This document shows, piece after piece, positions 59,701 to 64,000 of a stretch of DNA of 64,000 bases. Numbering within the stretch: the first letter of the stretch is position 1; each line of letters starts with the position of its first letter. Made by a program: the position numbers and the translations under genes. The notes beneath the pieces are model-generated. The model ran no database searches, was not told the origin of the DNA, and saw nothing but the letters and a program-made list of their open reading frames with translations. This DNA comes from Lama guanicoe (lineage: Eukaryota). The DNA lies in contig MU054391.1 in NCBI GenBank assembly GCA_013239625.1, positions 248,001 to 312,000 of the forward strand, read 5' to 3'.

Positions 59701-61424
59701 GACACTGTGCACTGGAGAGGAAAAGGGCCTCTTGGGGGGAGGGAGCAGACACCACACCTGCTTCCCACAGGGCCTGCTCATCCGCGCACATGGAGAGCGG
59801 GGCCTCCCCCTGTGGTGGCGCTGCATGGGCGGGGTCGCGAGAGGTGTGACACGCAGAAGCCATGCACAAACGAGAGTTTGTTATTACAGCTTCCTAAGGA
59901 GCTCGTGACATCCACAAGAAACATCTCCATGAACCCCTCAAATAACCCGCAGTGATCAGGAAAGTGTCCCCTGTGCTGGACCCCGCGGCCAGCGGCGGCC
60001 AGCGTCCTGGGCGTGGCCGGCGTGCCAGCTAGGGTCAGGCCACCAGCTTCCCCTTCTCTGTGAGAGGCCTCTGCCCGGCTCCCTAGGGACACCTGGAAGA
60101 CTGAGATGTGGCCCCGTGAGTCGGACCGGGCAGAGCCTCACGGACGAGGGAGACTTGCGGGTGGTCAGCACAAGCAGAGTCTCATGTGTCAGTTTTATTG
60201 CAAATATGCTTCCCTCAAAGAAAATGACAAAGGAGGCCGTGCCTGGCGTGGCCGTGCCCGGCATGGCTGTGCAGGAGTGTTTCCGCCGTCGGACACTGTC
60301 AGTGAAGGATCCGTCTCACGGGAAGCATGGTCCTCCCCCAGGCAGTGTCTAGCATCCAGCTCCTAGGGTTCCGTGACCTGCAAGTTGCCAAATCTGCTGC
60401 AGTCGGTGAGTCTGACGGTGAGATCGCGTGTAAACACGTGATGCAGCAACAGGGCCTGAAAACAAAGCAGTAAAACCTGAGCCTGGGTTTTGGTGACTTT
60501 TGTACATTCAAGTCCTTTTTCTTTTAAACTTGCACAAAACCCACTGGCTTCCTTTTACACAAAACTCTGTTGATACCCATCCTCATCAGCATTCCCACGC
60601 CCGACTCGAGCGGCAGCCTCGTGAAGGCCCAGGGCATTCAAGCGGCAGGACGACAGGGAGCCTCTGGGGGCTGTGGATGTAAAGGCTGTGTCCGGGTGAG
60701 CCAGCTGGCGCCGTCTGCCTCCTGAATGTGCAGGGCCCTGTCAATCCCAAGCGCTTGCAGGCCTGGTATCGCTGGGTCTTCATGTGGACAGGTGCCTCGT
60801 CTCCACATGAAGAGTCAGCACACCTGAGAAAACGCAGAGTTGGGACGGGGGCCTGAAATACAAAATCTGGAGAAGCAGCACCATGGAGCCCTCCCCCCTA
60901 AACATGCAAAGGGGTAGCCCAGAAAGTCCCTGCACTAAATTTCATCCCTGCAGGATACTGGGTGCCGTGTAAGAGGCACCTCTTGCTGGTTAATGGACAG
61001 AGGAACGTGACTCAGGTTCATTTCGTCCAGGGTGCTCCCTGACCCTCGCCTCATTGTCCCCCAGTGCCCACAGGGTACAAGGCAACAGTGTGAAACAGAC
61101 TCAGGTGAAAGGAATGGGGACGTCTTCTCCTTGGGACCAAAAGCCTTTCCCTGGCCACTCAATCACAAATCCAACTTCAGTTTTAACTCCTGGGGTCCAC
61201 TGTGCCCCCCAGGAAGTGGGGACCATTGGCATTTCTGGTCCCTGAGAACTGGGGATTCCCACCTCCAGGGAAGAGGGTGTCATTGTCCCATTTTAGGAAG
61301 TATTACACCAAAGCTCAAGGAATGTAAGTAACTCCGTCCCTGTCACCCACAGCATCCACACTTTCTCAATATTGGTGCACGTGTAAGGTCATTGCTGAGA
61401 GACAGCAGGTGAGGGGAAGTCTGA

Positions 61425-61693
61425 GGACGAGTTGGGACCCACAGAAGGTGAATTAGGACCCTCACAGGTGAGTTAGACCCACACAGGTGAGTTAGACCCA
61501 CATAAGTGAGTTAGGACCCACACAGGTGAGTTAGGACCCACACAGGTGAATTAGACCCACATAAGTGAGTTAGGACCCACAGAGGTGAGTTAGACCCACA
61601 TAAGTGAGTTAGGACTCACAGAGGTGAGTTAGACCCACACAGGTGAGTTAGACCCGCACAGGTGAGTTAGACTCAAACAGGTGAGTTAGGACC
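61425..61693. repeat. 19-20-bp minisatellite ACACAGGTGAGTTA(G)GACCC, about 13 copies
   Basis: Directly visible. Confidence 0.95.
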
Positions 61694-63019
61694 GTCTGCA
61701 GATGGGCAGGGTGATACACTCACGTGCATGTCTGCATTTGGATGCTCTGATGGGTAAAGTTTCCAGAACAGGTGGGTGCCGGGCTGAGTGAAATTTGGGG
61801 CTGAGGTGAACACTCTGGTCGTGGTTCTGAGAGTCAGAGCTGATGTGAGTCCTTGTCCCTTCTCTTTCATGGGTCTGACTCTCCCTTTGAAACGCACCTG
61901 CAGGACGTCCGGGGAGGATCAGCCATGGGTTAGACGGTGGTGGGTGCACCAGTTCAAGAGCCAGAGAGAAAGCCCACGAGCCTGCCTGCTTGCGGGCCTG
62001 GTCGGCACGCGCAGCTCCCCTCTGAGAGCAAGCAGGCTACTAACACATGTTTGGAGGTAAGAGAAGACAACACCACCAGGTCCCCCTGCAGACGGCTGGG
62101 GCCGCCTGACCCGTGTGAGGGCAGGCCACATCCTCCAGGGAAACGCGGACAATCCACTGCCTATTCAAAAAATACATTTCCTTATAAAATAGAGTAACAT
62201 GTTGGACCCGACAAAGCCCTGGGAAGAGGTCTCATCAAACCCGGTGGTGTGGTGACCTCGTAGCTGGGCGAGCTGAAGGCTCCAGGAGGAAGGGGAGGCG
62301 TCACTGCCGCTCTGAGGAGCAGCACGAACTTGAGAAGAGGTATGCGCCTGCACTTGTCTGCGAGAAGCAAACAGATGCACTTTCCCTCGCTGTGACTGCA
62401 TCGTTTACAGGACGCCGAGTGGCCCAGTCCTCCACCCCAGCCGGAGCGCGAGCACGAGCCTCTGAGCCACCCCGCTGGGCGCGGGGTGCCAGCCCCCGCC
62501 ACGCTGAGTCACAGCCGCCCCTGCCGCAGCTCTTCCCGGGCAGCGTGTCCAGCAGGAGAGGAAGCCTGTCCAGGTACTGAGCAAACCTAAGAGTCGCTGA
62601 GGTGACGCTTTGGTCTTGAGCCGCTGACGTCTGCGGGAGGAGGTCAGACACCTGCCGGAGATCCGTAGTTTAATCCCAGAGCCCGGGGTGCTCTGACTTT
62701 CTCGTTGAGGCTGGTTGAATGTGGGCTATTTGGTCAGTGAAATTATCAACTGAATGACACAGCATTTCTCTCTTACTTCCAGCTGCGGTCCTTCACAGCC
62801 ACTTCGGTGAGGGCCTCTGTCCTTGTCACGCCTGCCTCGACCGTGTTGTGTCCTGAGGTCCAAGTGTGTCACAAATGTGTCATGTTTACTTATGAATGAA
62901 TGGATGAATTGGCATATGGTCAGTGTCTTGCTGGGGTGTCAGACTCGCCAGTTTACCAACATTTTCTTCTCTCCATTCTTTTTCTACTTAGTATTCTATC
63001 CAGTGCTCCTGATACAGGT

Positions 63020-63180
63020 AATAACTAATTCTTATTTAGCAACTCACAGTTTACCAAACCCTTGATGTCCTCGCATTTTACCTGGACAAACCCCCGGCAC
63101 AGGCGTCAGCATCGTTCTCCCCTCAGCTGATGAGCTGAGGCTCAGGGAGCCGAAACGACTTCAGTGCAGACTGTGTGATT
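63020..63180 (-). mobile_element. MIR remnant
   Basis: 'ctaattcttatttagcaactc...ctcagctgatgagctgaggctcagggag'. Confidence 0.45.
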
Positions 63181-63239
63181 CGGCAGCGGGTAAATCTCCT
63201 GTCTTCTTCTGGTGCGACTGCGTTTAACACTAAGTTTAC

Positions 63240-64000
63240 AGACGCTGTTTCAACAAGGCGCCACCTCACCTATCAGAAGGACCAAATGCAGACATTGACA
63301 GCACTGCGGGCCGGCGAGGATGTGGAAGGACGGGAACCGGCTCGCGGCTGGTGGGAACACAAAACAGCATCGATACTTGGAAGACAGTTTGGTGGCTTTT
63401 CACGGAGCTAAGCGCTCTTTTACCACACTACCCAGTAACCATGCCCCCTGGTGTTTACCGAAAGGAGCTTCAAAGTTACGTTCACACAGAAGCCTGAGCA
63501 CAGATGTTTATTGCAGTTTTATTCATAATTGCCAAAACCTGGACACGACCAAGATGTCCTTCAGCACATGAATGGAAAAGTAAACTGCGCAACATTCCAG
63601 ACATAATAACAGAATGTTATTCAGCACTAAAAAGAAAGGAGCTGCCTGCCCATGAAGAGACATGGAGGCACTTTATATTCACGTTAACTGAGTGAAAGGA
63701 CTGGATCTGAAAGGGCTATGATGCACGATGCCGACTCTGCAGCATTCTGAAAAGACAGAACCACAGAGACAGTAAAGAAAGTCAGTGGTGGCCGGGGGTT
63801 GCTGGGGGATGGACAGGTGGCAAGAGGGTTTCAGAGCCGGGCAGCCACTCCGGTAACACCGTCACGGTGGGTCCTTCTCATCACACGTGTCTATGCCCGC
63901 AGAATGCACGACAGCACGAGTAGACAGAGCCAGCTGTGGACTCGGTGGTGAGGACGCGTCCAGACAGGACGTGGCTGATCAGCTGTAACAGGACACTCCG
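63240..64000 (+). mobile_element. L1MC-type ORF2 end plus 3'UTR (runs off the window)
   Basis: 'ggcgaggatgtggaa', 'cagatgtttattgcagttttattcataattgccaaaacctgg..accaagatgtccttca', 'tattcagcactaaaaagaaa'. Confidence 0.85.

Noticed and set aside
60186-60240. Minus-strand AATAAA as a possible 3' end of a neighbouring gene
   Set aside because: It is an isolated hexamer with no terminal exon or coding sequence identifiable in the window.
61425-61693. CRISPR-like array
   Set aside because: Head-to-tail repeats without spacers.

Overview
GC-rich mammalian genomic DNA, most likely from a camelid: it carries two tRNA-derived SINEs of the camelid Vic-1 type (20871-21032 +, and 41352-41510 - with a 13-bp TSD). 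I found no intact protein-coding gene, and almost all ORFs in the track are chance ORFs or repeat-derived. The main structure is a ~50-kb, intron-containing, + strand gene fossil (about 3309-52996). Its splice-bounded exon remnants translate, in collinear order, into peptides that resemble human CCDC158 from its N-terminal region to its C-terminus. The similarity is only patchy motif-level, and there are many stops and frameshifts. I read it as an unprocessed, probably unitary, pseudogene of a distant CCDC158 paralog rather than CCDC158 itself. Roughly ten further exon-like, nearly open segments with no CCDC158 counterpart lie inside it. A CpG island (about 2540-3300) precedes it and also appears to start a divergent, spliced - strand transcript. 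The rest is L1, L2, MIR, MLT1/MLT2, ERV1-type LTR and hAT (MER3/MER5) remnants with apparent AT-to-GC drift, three minisatellites and one probably artefactual N-gap. All homology calls are by-eye comparisons to remembered sequences and need tBLASTn/RepeatMasker confirmation.
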